DNA from: Octopus bimaculoides
Lineage: Eukaryota
Direction of reading: 5' to 3'
Length of the DNA: 64,000 bases
Assembly: GCF_001194135.2 (NCBI RefSeq)
Contig: NC_068983.1
Coordinates: 80,979,515 to 81,043,514 of the forward strand
Position numbers and translations under genes: made by a program. Positions 33,326 to 47,995 of the stretch are shown piece by piece (position 1 is the stretch's first letter; each line of letters begins with the position of its first letter). Below the pieces are notes generated by a model. The model worked only from the letters and a program-made list of their open reading frames with translations. It did no database searches and had not been told where the DNA came from.

Positions 33326-36199
33326 AAAACCTAAAGAAAAGAAACCAATGTCTTTCATCATCTGTTTATTCAGTCAGAGCTGTTCTGAGGTCAAATGAAT
33401 TACTATTTTATATCAGGTAGCTATGGGCTTGTACCTTTCCATGTACAGGCAATGTGTATATGTGTCAACTGGATAACAAGAAGTTTTAAGCCTCAGCTGC
33501 AAAGGTAAATTGTATATAGTTTGTTAACTTGTCGCAGGAAATAGCAATATTTGGATTTTAGTATAAATATAGTTTTTCCAAAAGCTTACAACTCAAAAGT
33601 TATTTTACAGTTGATACAATCTTAACAGGTGGAGCCACTGTCAGAGATAATTTTGCTTGACAGTGTTATACTTAAAAACGTGTGTAGGTGGCGTTTCTTC
33701 AGTGACGTTCAAGAAGCTTCGTATTGTAACAATAAAGGGGATAACTGCTTAAGAATACAACTTGTATCAGTGTGATGAACAGGGAACATTAGAATCTTGC
33801 CAATCTCATATACACAAAATGAGTGTGTGCATGAGAGAGGGGAGAGAGAGAGAGAGAAAGAGGGAGAAAGAGAGGAATTTGTGTTCATAATATCAGGATA
33901 TACAAATTCTTATATATCTTGATATCACAGTTATATTGGTATTCAATACATAATACAAAGAATGATTAATCAGGTGAGAGAGAAAAGCTAAGAAGCTCCG
34001 TTTTTCTCTTATTCACAGCACGATGGAACCTCCTCCTCTAACATTCAAATAAATAAGTAAACATGATAAATTGTAGCTTGAAGGAAATGTGTTTTATTAT
34101 TAAAGTTGATTTGCCATCAATTTAGAAGTAAAATCTGTGAACATGATTCACTTTCTCCTCTTTTTAATCAATATGTTTTAGTCTAACTTTGTCTCCATAT
34201 TGATTGATCTTATAGATATGCTTTCGTATGTTTTCAGTTAATGGCTTGTTGTCAAGATCATACTTTGTTTGGAAACAATTCTGAATCTATAATAACTTGC
34301 TTGTATTGGATGTCTTAATAAACAAAAAGAAACATGTCCATAATTAAAGTAGAAAATTATTTTCTTTTATGCCTTTCTATAAATTATGCTGCATTCCTTA
34401 CAGATTCAATAATAGAAAATAAATTTTCTCAACACTAAAATATTTGTTTTAAAAAACACTCAAAAAGCTTTTCTGTAGTCAGGAGGTTGATGCGAGTTTA
34501 ATTTCCTATATTTTTCACTATAACAAATGTATATTTTAAATGGAAGTAACAATTATGGTTTCTTCTTGAAGTACTTGTACAGCTGATGTAAAATATATAT
34601 TCTGGATGTGACTAAGAATCTGCAAATAATATTAAATTAGATAAAGAGAAATGCCCTTCAGAAGTGAGGGGACACAGAAATTCTTTAATATTCCAAAACA
34701 AAACTATTTCATAAGAATTTCATATGTATGCTGTGACTCTTGGTAAAAATTTGAGAAAAGGAATATTAAAATTTCGTCTATGTGATATTTAAATATTTCT
34801 TGGATTAAAAGTAATTGCTCTGATACTTTAGTTACATTAAAATGCAGAGAATTGTACTGTTCATTTTCTCAACAAAATTTTTGATGATTAATAAAGCCAA
34901 GAGAAGGAACATGATACTGTTAAAAATGAATTCCTTTAAACAAACATTCTGTAAATTACATGACTTACATTTACAAAAACTGATGCATAAATTAAATGTA
35001 TGAGATAGGAAGACAGAAAAAAAAATAATGCAGTTTTGGAGAAAAAAAGATTAATTCCTAGAATAATTAACTTATCATTAAATGTTCTGAACAGTACAGC
35101 CAAATGTTACTTTGATACAGTCATATACACTTTAAGTAATATGTTTGTTACAATAATCAAAACCTGATGATAGGGCAGTTTGTACTGAATGTAGTTAAAA
35201 ATGGGTAAGCTCTACTGATTCCTATTAGTAGTATTAAGTTATTGAGAGTTAAAAAAAAAACAAAGCAAAACAATTGTAAAAAATAAAATTACTCACCATT
35301 AAATCAATTAGTTAGTATCAATAAAACTTATTGAGAAGTGGTGTGTTAATCACAGTTAGAAGCTAAGAAGCATCAGAATACAGAAACTTCTGATAAAGTG
35401 ATACTCACTGGGTACTCATAATTTACATTAAGATTAGTTGTTCAAATTCTTGTTCAAATGTAGTTTTTCATCAAATCTATGTGATCTATTCTGAGTATTT
35501 TTTTAAAATTTTGCATGACATCTTTGTTATAAACTTCTTTACCATGAGTAAGAATTTATTCTTTAACGTCATTTTGATTGGTTTGCACTGATAAAGTTAT
35601 AAAGATGTTTCCCAATAAGGAAATATATCAATGAGTTTGAAAGAATTCTCCTTAAATAACTGAGAAATATTCTGTCTGAATTGCTGCAGTTGTGGAGACC
35701 GATGTAGGTAGAAAGGAACTTTTAAAAGGATACAGTTAAAAACAAGCAACACAACACACATTTTCTCAATCTGTTTTTCTTGGAATTAAGGAATATGAGA
35801 AAATGTAACAAGTGGCTTTAAGTACTCAAACTTTGACTTAAAAGTGCACAGTTTGTTATATTTGTGATAGAAGAGACAGCAAAAAATAACATAGTTCAGG
35901 AGCTAATAATGATAAAGCAGTGGGAATCAAGGATTTACTGAATTGGTAGCTAATTTTATTTTTAGCAGTGCATGTGTCTGTACATTAGTGTAGTAGGGGC
36001 TCCATCCTATGACAAATTTGTATGCTGCATTGTGTGAGAAGCTGTTGGTAACTGAATATTTTCTACTAATTAAGCTATAAATGGAATTATAATACCAGTT
36101 ATTGTTGTACAATATAGAATATATGATATGGACCTCATGAAACATTAAAAAAGACATTCATAGGGAATGTAAAGCATTTTTTAAAATATTAGTTTGGTT

Positions 36200-36770
36200 G
36201 AAGGAAGAGTCAGTGTCCATTCTCCTTCACAGACCCAATGAGATTAGTGAAATAGGCTTGACTAATGAATATCATGAATAGTTGAAGGTTGATGGCTGCA
36301 GGAAAACTATGTGCAGGAAGGAATTATAAAAGACCAGCATTTTTGGAAAGAATGACTGAAGGTAGCAGTAAAAGTGGGGGTCTAGGAGTAGACACAGTAT
36401 GAGTGGTGAGAGGTGAAAAGACGAATGAGCCTGATGTATCTAAAGCCAGTCATTCCCAAATGAGCAGAGGCCACTGCTGAATCAATATAAAAGGCAGAGA
36501 GAAACAGTTTCATTTCAGTGAAGATGGCCTTTCTTTGGATGCCATCTAAGATGTTTGTATGTGCAGCAGCACTGTCTCAGATATGGGAGCAGTACTACAT
36601 TGTGCATCTTAAATAAACTTTGTAGAGGGTTAGTACTAGTTAGGATGAAATGTGTGAAGTACTTTCTGGTCCTGAAGATGAAGGCCAGTCTTTGTGATTT
36701 AGTTTTTGCTATGATAGCATGGCAAATCTTTTAGTATTTATTGATTATGTGTAGGGAATATCAGCGAATA
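36200..36770 (-). mobile_element. Jockey/CR1-group LINE 3' remnant
   Basis: IAKTKSQRLAFIFRTRKYFT, LTLYKVYLRCTM*YCSHI*DSAAAHTNILDGIQRKAI, VSLCLLY*FSSGLCS: typical post-RT thumb of APE LINEs. Confidence 0.8.
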
Positions 36771-37149
36771 CAGGAATAAGAAACCATTCTTCTTTCATGA
36801 ATTAAAAAGTTAGATTGAGAGTATTAAACATTATGAAATTCTTAGCTTTTATTTGAAAATGCTTCTTCACAAAGGACTCCTGGTATTGTCTGTGAATAAA
36901 ATGTTGAATGTAAAGGGTGTTAAAGAATTGAGAATTACAAATTATTGTGATTTTATATCTCCATTATCTAGTGCATAGGCAACTATTGTATGATCAATTG
37001 CTTTTAGAGTTAAAAATTATTACCATTTGAGCAAATTACTAATACTTAAATCCTCTTTGTTGGGAGATACTCTTCTCTTATAGTAGTGCGCCATTCCTTC
37101 TTACCAAGTATTCCAAGTCATCTATTTACCATATAACTTTACCATCATG

Positions 37150-37385
37150 TAGTGTGTAAAAGAGAAGACTGCATTGTTATGGGTATGTAATGCATGACTT
37201 GCGGCAGCTATATAAAGTGTTGATCACTTTATGTAGATGAAATTTGCTAGAGAGGGGATCCAGAAAGACTTGGGACAAAATGGTGAAGGTTGAACTCAGA
37301 ATTTTGAGCTTCATGAAGACGATGACAAAAGACTGAGATGATTGATTATACACAATGCTTGAGAAAATCCACCCATCATAGTGAA
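37150..37385 (+). mobile_element. RTE (BovB-like) LINE 3' remnant
   Basis: KRRLHCYGYVMH...RGSRKTWDKMVKVELRILSFMKTMTKD*DD*, homologous to 18965-19171. Confidence 0.75.
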
Positions 37386-37559
37386 ACTGAGGCTCTAGAA
37401 GCATGTGTATATGCAACTACCCAGTTTGTTCCTGTCAAGCCTTCTCCACCTCTTGCCTTCCTATCAATTTCCTAACTACTGTAGTATTCTGTTGCTCTAT
37501 GTAATTAAATAAAAGCAGAACAATACATTTCATCAACCTTTTGTGTTTTCAGCTACTTT

Positions 37560-38549
37560 TCTCCCACTTTCTTTTGACATTCATCCCACATGCTTAACAT
37601 TACCCATCCCCACTCACATTTTCTATTGATCACCCTTTTTCTCCTTGCTGCCAATTATCTCTCCCTCTTCTCTGAACCACTTCTTATCGACTCACTACTA
37701 TGTAACTCTGATCACCTCCACTTATATTCCTATACATCTCTTACACTTCACACCAATTTTTGCAACCTTTACCCACTCACCCATCATCTATCATCTATCC
37801 TTCTCCAATTTATTGTATTATTATTATTATTATTATAATTTCTCTTTATCACAGGTTTAGTTGGAGCTCCTGGAGTCTTACATGCGTAGTGGGCTTGCTA
37901 CCTGCAGCCTACGGTACCATGCTATCCCTTCTTTTCAGCTATCTTATACTTTCCTGATTATTCTGGCCGTGCCAAGGAGGTAAACCTTTTCTATCAGTCC
38001 TACTGGGCACTCTATTCCAATTTCCTCTATATTCCCCTTGATGCCTTCTGATACTATTCCCAAGGACCCAACAATAATTGGCACTTTCTTCACCTTCTTC
38101 ATTTTCCATAGCCAGGCTATTTCGTACTTAAGAGGGTTGTATTTATCTATCTTTTTGCCTTCCTCCTTGATTTGTGGGTCAAAGGGGTATGCAACATCAA
38201 CTATATAGCATATGCAATGCATCTTGTCCACCACCACTAGTTCTGATCTGTTATGCTCTAGCACCTGATCTGTTTGGATTGGGAAATCACAGATGATTTT
38301 GTTGGTCTCCGACTCTGACACTCTCTGCTGTTTGTGCTCATACCATGTCTTGCCTCTCACTAGCCCCCACTTTTCACACAGTTTCCACTGTAGCACTTTC
38401 ACTACCTGATTGTGTTGCCACAACTTGTGGTGGTTTTGGGCAAGTCTAGGGCATTTGTTTGTGATATGGGCAATGGTTTCATCCACTCTATTGCAGATGC
38501 AGCACAGCAGAGACAGTTGCTCATTCCTAAGGTTGACCCTCCAGTTCAT

Positions 38550-38606
<57 letters not shown>

Positions 38607-38960
38607 TACTCATAATTCTTTAAATGTTGTCAGTCATCACTGCCTCTCACCTGAACCACTTGTATTGATGTTCATCTCGCATTCTTATCATCTCCTCTTC
38701 AATTCATATTTACTATTGATCATCCTTCCAACCCTTGTTTCCCATTCTCTACATTCACCTCTACCCCCATCTCTAACCACCCATCATTCTTCTCACCACA
38801 CTTTTGCAACCTCTACCCACTCTCCCATCCTGAGCTTCTATCTCAACACCCTCTTCTATTTGTCTTCTCATACCTTGAGAGTTATACCTTAACACTTCAT
38901 CATCATCTTTATCTCTCTATCCAGCTCCATCCTAACTACTCTCACCTTTATTATTTTCCT
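37560..38960. repeat. Degenerate C/T-rich low-complexity repeat split by a LINE (37560-37815 and about 38630-38960)
   Basis: Shared motif TTTTGCAACCT(T/C)TACCCACTC(A/T)CCCATC near 37757 and 38802. Confidence 0.6.
37837..38550 (-). mobile_element. R4/Dong-type LINE 3' end: CCHC knuckle plus RLE endonuclease
   Basis: ORF 37944-38549: CCICNRVDETIAHITNKC (C-x2-C-x7-H-x4-C), HNRSELVVVDK (decayed RPD motif), KKIDKYNPLKYEI, VPIIVGSLG, LLGTARIIRKV*; ~105-nt 3' UTR; (TAA)n on both sides. Confidence 0.93.
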
Positions 38961-39009
38961 ACTCAGTGAAGGGAGCTCTTTAGCCTTCTGGATTACAAGA
39001 TTTTACTAG

Positions 39010-39250
39010 TGCTGGTACTATAAAAAAGGCACCCACTAAACCATGTAAAGTGATTGGCTTTAAGAAACACATCTAACCATAGAAATCATGCCAAAGGACA
39101 CCTTTCAGCACAATGTGACCCTTGTCTTGTTGGATCATGTTAAATGGTGGTGCTCCACCATGGCCACATCTCTTGAGCAGAAACTAGTAGAAAAAACTGT
39201 CAAATTATGCAAAGAACATGGACTTTAAATGATGGCAATGACGATGATGA
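39010..39250 (+). repeat. (GAT)n-tailed repeat (family D)
   Basis: GGTACTATAAAAAAGGCACCCACTAAACCATGTAAAGTGATTGGC...GAACATGGACTTTAAATGATGGCAATGACGATGATGAT. Confidence 0.65.
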
Positions 39251-40799
39251 TATTTCTTTTGAAATGAATTTTTTTTTATATGATTTTAATATTTATGTAA
39301 TCAACCCTTGTAAGATGGCATGCTAAGTAAATTTAGGTCATATTTACAGTTGGAGCTTAAAATTATATTTTACTTTAAAGCTCTTGCTCTGATAGTGATT
39401 ATGTTTGTTGCTTGTAAAATTTGTCTTTTGAAGAAATGGTTATCATTGTGATACTAGCTGTGATATTTAGATTAAACTTCATATGTGAACTATTGTTTTG
39501 TAAATGTTTGTTTGAAATATATTATATTTAACTTCAAATTAACATTGACAACAAATTAGTTAAATAGCGATTTCAAATTTTATAATAATAAAAAATGTAT
39601 TGAAAATAAAATAAAATGTTTGTGTTGATGTTGGAACATCCCAGTAAGTGCAATGTTAAGCTGAGTTGAATATTATGGATGACAAAATGGAGGGATGATA
39701 TCTTGCAAGATTTGAATATATTGATATATTTATTTATGTATTTGATGGTAATGTCTTTTTGAATATGGAAAAATATGGATGCTTGTACTCAGGTTGAAGC
39801 AAAAGGAAATATTCTTCTTTAATAACTGACTACAGCTTTGAAGCCATTGAAAAACGAGAAGATTTTGATGTAATCATTTATAAGTATTCAAAGTCCTCCA
39901 CTTCTGCTGCAGGCAAAAAAGCTAACAACATTTTGAGGTAATCAACATTAACAGTGATTAACAAAACAAATGGAAAACAAAAGAAATATCTTTCTGATGT
40001 TCTAGAAGACTAGATCACACTTTAAATCAGCTAACATCATTGGCAGTGGGGAGAGGAGCTTAGTTCACCAAGTCAGATTTTTACTGAAATGTGCAAAGAT
40101 AAGCAACAAAATTAGTTGCCGCTTTAAAGAACTCTGACATATGAGACAAAGAGATATATGTCTACAAGATAGTAAACAATTTTGGTGGGTTTCAACAAAG
40201 ACTCACTAAGACTCGAAGATGAACATATAATTGGAAATTGTATCAGCCATCAATAATAGGCCATTCACATGAATTCTTTTAAGTAGTGATGCGACAATAA
40301 AGCAAGCCAGCAAGCCTTCCCAAATAGGATCCATGTGAAATGAAAATGATTATATTAGAACAAATCATATTAGAACCTTTAGATAATTAAGTGCTGTGAG
40401 ATCTAACCATATTGGAGTTGTACCTTGCAAATCGTTTTTGTTTCGTTTTGTTTAATATTTGCATTGTATCTCTAAACTGTCATCAGTTGCTACAGATTGT
40501 ATTGTTATAACTGGCTGAAAATGTCTCTTCTGCAATATGAGAGAGAAATTTAACCCAGTCCATGATTTCTTTAGATAATGAATTAAGAAGTCCCCTTCAG
40601 GTGAAAATGGTGACATTAACTGTCACCAGTATTCTCAGGTTTTCTGATTTATTTAATGGTGTATTTCAAAATTTAGTAATTTACTATCCAGAATTTCCCA
40701 AATGTAGACCTCTTGGTGTACTTGTTTCTTCTGTCTGTATTTCATATCCAGAAGATATTCCAAGTAATTTAATTCTTTTATCTTTTATTCTTTTACTTT

Positions 40800-41173
40800 A
40801 TTTGTTTAATTCATTTAACAGCAGCCATGCTGGGGCACTGCCTTGAAGAGTTTTAGTTGAATAAATCGACCCTAGGACTTTTTTTAAAGTCTAGTACTTA
40901 TTCTATTCATTTCTTTTGCAGAACCAATAAGTTATGAGGATGTAAACACACCAACATCAGTTGTCAAGTGGTGGTGGGAACAAACAAAGACACTTACACA
41001 CACACACACACGTGTATGACAGGCTTCTTCCAATTTGCTGTTAACCAAAACCATTTAGAAGGCTTTTCTTGGCCTGAGGCTATAGTAGAAAACACTTACC
41101 CAAGATGTCACACAGTGGGATTGAACCAACAACCATGTGGTTGGAAAGCAAGTTTCTTACCACACAGCCATGC
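40800..41173 (-). mobile_element. tRNA-derived SINE, family B (CORE-like), full length
   Basis: Reverse strand GGCATGGCTGTGTGGTAAGAAAC (A box), GGTTCAATCCC (B box), CATCTTGGGTAAGTGTTTTCTACTATAGCC core, internal (TG)n, tail CCCCAGCATGGCTGCTG. Confidence 0.92.
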
Positions 41174-42349
41174 CAGTAGGATTTTTATTTATGATATTTA
41201 TCCAGAAATAACATTGCTTTAGTGCTATGAATAGTAATTCATATGGTTCAGAACTGGTGTTTTACACAATTTCTGTATAACTGCAGAGGAGTTTCACATT
41301 TGATATGTGTCCTCAGGAGGGATTATTAATGGACATTGTGATGTTTTTGCTCCAGTCTGATTTTCTGTTAAGGATTGGTTCTTAGCTTGCAGCTAACTCA
41401 TTGAAAACTTCCTGTAGTGCATAGCATAGAATTCACTGTACTTTATGAATATCATTTATTGCTTTTGTCCCAAGTGATATATCAGAATCAATATCACCTG
41501 CATAACTGAAAACTTTGGTGTACTGAATCCACTTCTGTTAAATCTGATCTGAAATTATTGTATTTTCTGGAATGCAAGTCAATGTAGTATATAGTGTAAA
41601 TGTTCAAACATCCTGTTGCATTTTCATGTGGAATTTTCGGTCCTCCAAAGTCGTCTTGTTGTTAACCTACCTTTTTTGGCTGTAAATTTTGATCCCAAAA
41701 GTTTAGTTTGCATGCCAGAAAATACCACATAATGATCAGTAAGAGAAGTTGCAAAATGGTATCATCTGGAAATCTGCTGCAAGAGATTTTGTTCATAATA
41801 TGATGCTGATAGCTGCAATTATTTGATGCCTAATTTCCATGAAACTAATAAACCAGACTACCATGCTGATCTGAAATACCAAGGTGTACCTTCATAGCAT
41901 AAAATTTAAAGTGTAGTTAAAAGCAATGAATATTCATGTTATTAAATCAAAGACAACAAGCCAATTCAGGAATAGAATTGATATTAGATCCATAAATTTG
42001 AAGCATTCTTCTAATATATATGATGTGTTGGCATTTGTAGATTGATTTGGTTATCAACTATTAAAACTACGTAGAACCGTAAAGAGTGAAAGTTTTAATG
42101 ATTTTCTGTCTGCCAGATATTGTTTTGAAGAGAAACCAAAATTTCATCAGGCATTTGTGCTTTCATGTTTTTGAATTGCCTTAATTGCACACACTTCGAA
42201 ATACAGCAAAATGTAATTAAAAGAAAAACTACAGGAACTTAATTTACCTTTAACAAAGTCAGTATTATTTCAATTAGAAACTTTTATTATTTCTTCATTG
42301 TTTCAAATACAGAGTACATTCTATCATTCAATATATATATATATATATA

Positions 42350-43183
42350 TACTAGCAGAAGCACCCGGCGTTGCTCGGGAATGAAATTGTTGCTTATATA
42401 CTTGAAGAAAAAAAGGCAAAATATGCTGTATAGAAATTTGAGGACATTCTGTAGATGGACTCTCAGATGAATGATGGCTGGGCGCCTCTCATGAATGGGG
42501 AAAATTGAAGATGTGCCAAAAAGCCTCATTGGTACTTGGAAACTTTTACGAAAATTTAAATGGGGATTAAATGAAAGAAATGATTTATGTGAATATCCTC
42601 ACAAGAGTAATTGAAATAAATGGCGATTGTGGAACCCCCCACCCNNNNNNNNNNNNNNNNNNNNNNNNNNNNNNNNNNNNNNNNNNNNNNNNNNNNNNNN
42701 NNNNNNNNNNNNNNNNNNNNNNNNNNNNNNNNNNNNNNNNNNNNNNNNNNNNNNNNNNNNNNNNNNNNNNNNNNNNNNNNNNNNNNNNNNNNNNNNNNNN
42801 NNNNNNNNNNNNNNNNNNNNNNNNNNNNNNNNNNNNNNNNNNNNNNNNNNNNNNNNNNNNNNNNNNNNNNNNNNNNNNNNNNNNNNNNNNNNNNNNNNNN
42901 NNNNNNNNNNNNNNNNNNNNNNNNNNNNNNNNNNNNNNNNNNNNNNNNNNNNNNNNNNNNNNNNNNNNNNNNNNNNNNNNNNNNNNNNNNNNNNNNNNNN
43001 NNNNNNNNNNNNNNNNNNNNNNNNNNNNNNNNNNNNNNNNNNNNNNNTTAATTAAAAAAATCAAATGAAGAGCCTAAGATTTATCCGAGGTCAAATTATT
43101 CACGCATCACAAGTATGGAAGCATTTGGTGAAGTCGATTTCACGTGAAAAGCGATTACACACACATCTCTGTTTTATATATAG
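42350..43183 (+). mobile_element. Non-autonomous Helitron/Helentron-like element in (TA)n, gapped
   Basis: 5' TACTAGC followed by the hairpin CCCGG-CGTTGC-TCGGG; 3' ACACACATCTCTGTTTTATATATAG; (TA)n flanks; resembles Lep1/DINE-1-type architecture. Confidence 0.6.
42645..43046. other. Assembly gap
   Basis: Run of N. Confidence 1.
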
Positions 43184-43213
43184 TATATATATACATAACT
43201 GAAAAAATAATTG

Positions 43214-43250
<37 letters not shown>

Positions 43251-44989
43251 TACATATTTCTACTTGCTTAGTCCAGAGAAAGGGTAAGTACCCATGACTT
43301 TTGCAAGCCCTCTGAGACTAGCGAGTATGATGTTATATCTGATATATGAGCCTAGATATTACTATCATCAATTGCTAATAAGATAATTTTTCAGACTATT
43401 AACATCTCATCTTCAGAGAAGGAACATTAAAAAAAAAATAATTACTTCTTCAGAATGTTTTGGTTGCTATAATGGGTGAGTACATAGTTCTATATAGTTT
43501 AAGAACCTTAATTTCTAATCTAGACACAGTAATGCTCTAGTATGCTTAGAGGTCTAGTATAAAAGAATGCTGTTATCCTCAGTTGTCAAATAAGTTTCTA
43601 GTTCAAATACAATTTGGAATTTTCTACACATTCTGGATTAAAATACCTGATGATGATTGGAGACTGATCAAAACAGCATAGATGTAGATATTTAAAAAAA
43701 TGCTTCATCTCTATAAATTAGGTTAATTGTCTGAAAAATTATTATTTTATTGACAAAAAGAAAAACTCATATCAAACATTTAACAGTTATTAATGTATTA
43801 TTTTGTTCCAGATTTTAGCTGAGATTCTATGCTGCAAAAGACATTATTGTAACTTGTAGAGTCACTCTGCTCATTTAGACACATGAATTATTGTATTTAG
43901 TTCTTTTTCAAATTTCTAATAGTTAAATGCACCAAATTGTGTTTTCTTTTTTCATTATACATCAACGATTTATTCATTAACACTTTATATACTCATGTTT
44001 TTCTTTTTCTTTTGAAAGTGAGAGCATATGATCAAAGAGAATGGAAGGAAAGAGTTCTGTTTAGGATTGTATGGAGTTAGATGTGATGAAGTCAATGATG
44101 TAAAATATATGATGATGATCAAAGATTTTCATGTTCACATAAATATTTGTGTTTCTACTAATTGGTGCATCTGATACTATTTAATCTACTAATACTAAAA
44201 TAGTTGGGTTAAACAGAGCAATGCCTCAAAACAGTGCAACCATCTCTTTGTAACAGAAAAGCCATCTTAGTGGTGCATTTGATGGTTTCGTATTTTTGAT
44301 GTCTTACAATATACAATAGACCACCATTTTCTGGCATCCTTAGTTCCAAACTCATGCTGGATTTTTCAGTTCAGTGGACTGGAAGAGACGGGATAATAGT
44401 AAGGTTGAGTAAATCTCTAGAAGACTACTACCATGTTATTAATATTTTGGCAACTAAACACTATCAACATCTTTGTTTATTTGCTAGAAATACATCATGA
44501 AGCTGGAAACATTATTCCAACCGTCCAACTATAGTGCTTATGAAATATTTGCACCTTCATATTATTATAATATGGAAGTGCAAATATTTCAGAAACAAAA
44601 TCTAATGCCTTGCTCTAACTTCCTAATTACTGAGCCTTCAGTGAGACCTCCCTTGAAATATAACTGTAAGGGCTTATATTTGCCTTTTCTTTTTTCATTC
44701 TGGGACACAGTATTTCCTGTAGTGGAGGTGAGTTATGCATTAACCTACTCTTCTCAGAAAGTAAGTGTTCAAGGAGTTAATATGTGGTACTAAATTTAGT
44801 TTTAAACATTTGTATCATTATAATAGTCAAGTGTAGGATATGTTTTGACCTTCAAGATACGTTACTAGTGAATAAACAAATGTGTCATGAAGGATTGGTA
44901 TTGAAATGTTATTAATAATAGTCAGAGGAAATGTGAATGTCCTCACATGATTATGTCCAGATTAAAAGAGGTATCAGATCATCTGTTGC

Positions 44990-45175
44990 TGGAAACTTGC
45001 TGTTGTACCTGCATTAATATTTGAAGGCAGATTTAGTTCTATTCAAGTCCAGATTCCATTGGAGTTGATCTTGTTTGCTATCCATCAGAAATTGATACAA
45101 AGAGTACTACTTGAGTTGATATAATTGACTGGTCTGTACCCTGGGATGTGTGGTCTAGTGCCTGTCTCAAAAATC
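44990..45175 (+). mobile_element. Very degenerate family A SINE
   Basis: CAAGTCCAGATTCCATTGGAGTTGATCTTG...TTGATATAATTGACTGG...GGTCTAGTGCC colinear with family A. Confidence 0.5.
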
Positions 45176-47928
45176 AATAAATATCCTCATCTGTCTAATT
45201 AGAATGAAGCTGGTAAAGTTCATCAAGAGCATGATGCAGTAGTTTTATTTCGGTTTCTCTTTTAAAGGAATGCATTTTTTTTCTCATAGATCAACAGGTT
45301 ACAAATCTAGTAATAACGAATGGTGTAAACAGCAGTTTTGTTACACAACAAATGTCACTAGTTTATGTTTTTATGTTTCAACAAACCTCTTGACATCATA
45401 AATGACTTATTGCATATTAAAGTTTGCAGTTGATACATGGGATGGTTTCACAAATTTTGCAATATTTTTCACATAATACCTTAGGAAAAAGTGAAGTAAA
45501 ACTTATTCATAGGTCAGTTATAATTAGAAACTTTGGTTTTGAACTTTAAAAAAGAATAGCATTCACATTAAGTAGAATGGATTATAGCTATTTCAGATCA
45601 TTGTAGTTTTACTAATGTGAGATGGTTATGAAATTAAAATATCAGTAAACAGATTATAGATGCACAATGTAATCAACTAATTGATTATAATACCATGTAT
45701 TTTAAATGACTAGAAAAAGAAAAAAACTTCAATCATCTTAAAACAATATATAATTCTAATCATCCATGTCAATATACTTTCTTAAAAGGTAAATATAAAT
45801 TATGCTTTTTTAATAGTATCAAATTCTATATCTGCATGGAAAACCCTTCACAATTCATGTAGTTTATCATATTTAGGCAACTAATTTCTTCAAGCTGTTT
45901 CCATTTATTGTATAGGAAAAGTGCTATAATGTTCAAGCAGGAATCTTACTTATTATACATCTTGTAGCAATAGTCTTTTAAGGTTTGGTTACTATCCCAG
46001 CTCTTGAGATAACTATAGTGTTTACTTTAATTATACTACATTTGTATTCAAGTAGTTTGTAAATTATACTTGTCCACATCTGTAATTGACTAAAGAATTT
46101 TTGTAGATAACCAACAATATAATCATGTGTGTTTAATGGTTTTGCAATGTTGCACATTATATATATCTACACACACATGTGCGTGTGTGTATATATTCAT
46201 GAGAACTGATATATTTTGGTGTCAAGAGATACATTCTGTGTATATGTGTGTGCATATAAGTATATAGTCTTATAAAGCTTAATACATTTTACAATGATAT
46301 GGAGATGGGCAGTAAAACCTTTTTATTTTCACTCATTAAATACACTAAACTGCCATAAAATATGATTTATTTCTGCAGTTTTGATTAACTCTTACTTTTT
46401 TGTGTCATAAATAAAATACTTCACTTATGGGACAAATATGACACCTACTGAAAATGGGGATCAGATTGAAAAATATTTTAAAAAAAGACATAGGCTTAAA
46501 GTAGTTTACTAATTTCTTTTTTGTTTTTATTTATTCTTTGTAACAAAAGCATATATACAGTAAGCAAAGACATTACAATAAAACCACCAACAGCAAATAA
46601 GAGATTTGGAAATATGAATCAGGGAATATAATTTTGAGTTTTTGCTATTTTGTGCAATTACTGAGGATCAAGTAGAAGGTGGAGATTTCACATGATCCAT
46701 TTGACAGTAACACATAGAGAGCCAAGCATGTGCATATTAGGTAAGTTAACTGCAGACAAAAATGACTTAAGCACCAAAGATATTTTACTTCACTCAGTTA
46801 AAGGAAATAGCTTTCCTTTAGTTTGTAATGTTGTTATTGGTTGGTTCATATATCACCTTATCAAATATAGTATAATGTTAATAATAACAGTGGAGAGTAT
46901 TGACTACCAATGGAGGAAGGAATATCTGATGAAAGAACCAATCAATAATTATAAATACAACATGTCTTGGCTTAACTATTTTACCACAAAATTTATATCG
47001 TGGCAATTTATTTGATAGCAAGAACCCATTTCATATCAAGTATTTTAAAATCTTAAATGTGCTTGTTTCTGTATGTATGTGTGTATGCATGTGTGCACGC
47101 ATATGTATAACATAATATTATGTATGTAACTAATTGAAGTAAAACAATGATAACTAGTTAAATTAGAATAAATTTTGTTGGTAATTAATTCAATGGTGTT
47201 CATAACCAAAAGTTAATACAAGTTGACCAATGTCTAGTTTTGTTGCTATTATGAGGTTGATTTTGGTTAGCTTAGATGAAAAAGAAAAATATTGTTAGAA
47301 TTATGTATGAATCTCAATCTGTTTTGTAAAGTCTTTATTGATAGTTTTATACTAAAACATCACCATACTTTCTATTAAAAATAATATTTTTGAAGTTTAA
47401 AATTTTCTTAACCTAAATAATAGATGATGTTTCTGTATGGAGCATGTATGTTCACACACTTGCAGACAGTACCAAAAAGGATAAGTAAATAAATAAAAAT
47501 AAAAAAACAGCAGGCTCTCCAGAGATGTACACGAAATCAATGACTATTTTTTAAAGTTTTATGACTTTTCCACTTGCGAAAGTATATGTTTAGTACAAAC
47601 CAATATACTTAATATATAAATATGAATAGAAAGTTCAACTGTTGTACTAGGGCTCGACCTAAGAAGCTTGACAGCATTTAAATTAAAGCAAGATGTTGTC
47701 ATTAAAATAAATAATAAAATTATATATATGCAACATAGTTGCAATATATCTATTATCAGTGTAATACTGTTGAATCCACAATCAGCTCACTGCCTTTTAG
47801 TACATAACAGATGTCATTTAGAAAGATTATCTGCATTTTAATTCCTATATTCTGAAAAAGATTTCTAATGCTTATTTATTTTCCTTTCCTTGTGAAGCAC
47901 ATTTTCTTATAAAGAAAAATAACAATAG

Positions 47929-47995
<67 letters not shown>
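47929..47995. repeat. (GAT)n microsatellite
   Basis: Directly visible. Confidence 0.98.

Noticed and set aside
33450-33790. Plus-strand splice-like signals
   Set aside because: Peptides are unrecognisable, frames contain stops, and there is no consistent gene model.
39760-41900. Moderately complex sequence flanking the SINE B that might be an old transposase
   Set aside because: No motif could be recognised in any frame I translated.
42571-43068. ORFs of 140-165 aa
   Set aside because: They span an assembly gap.
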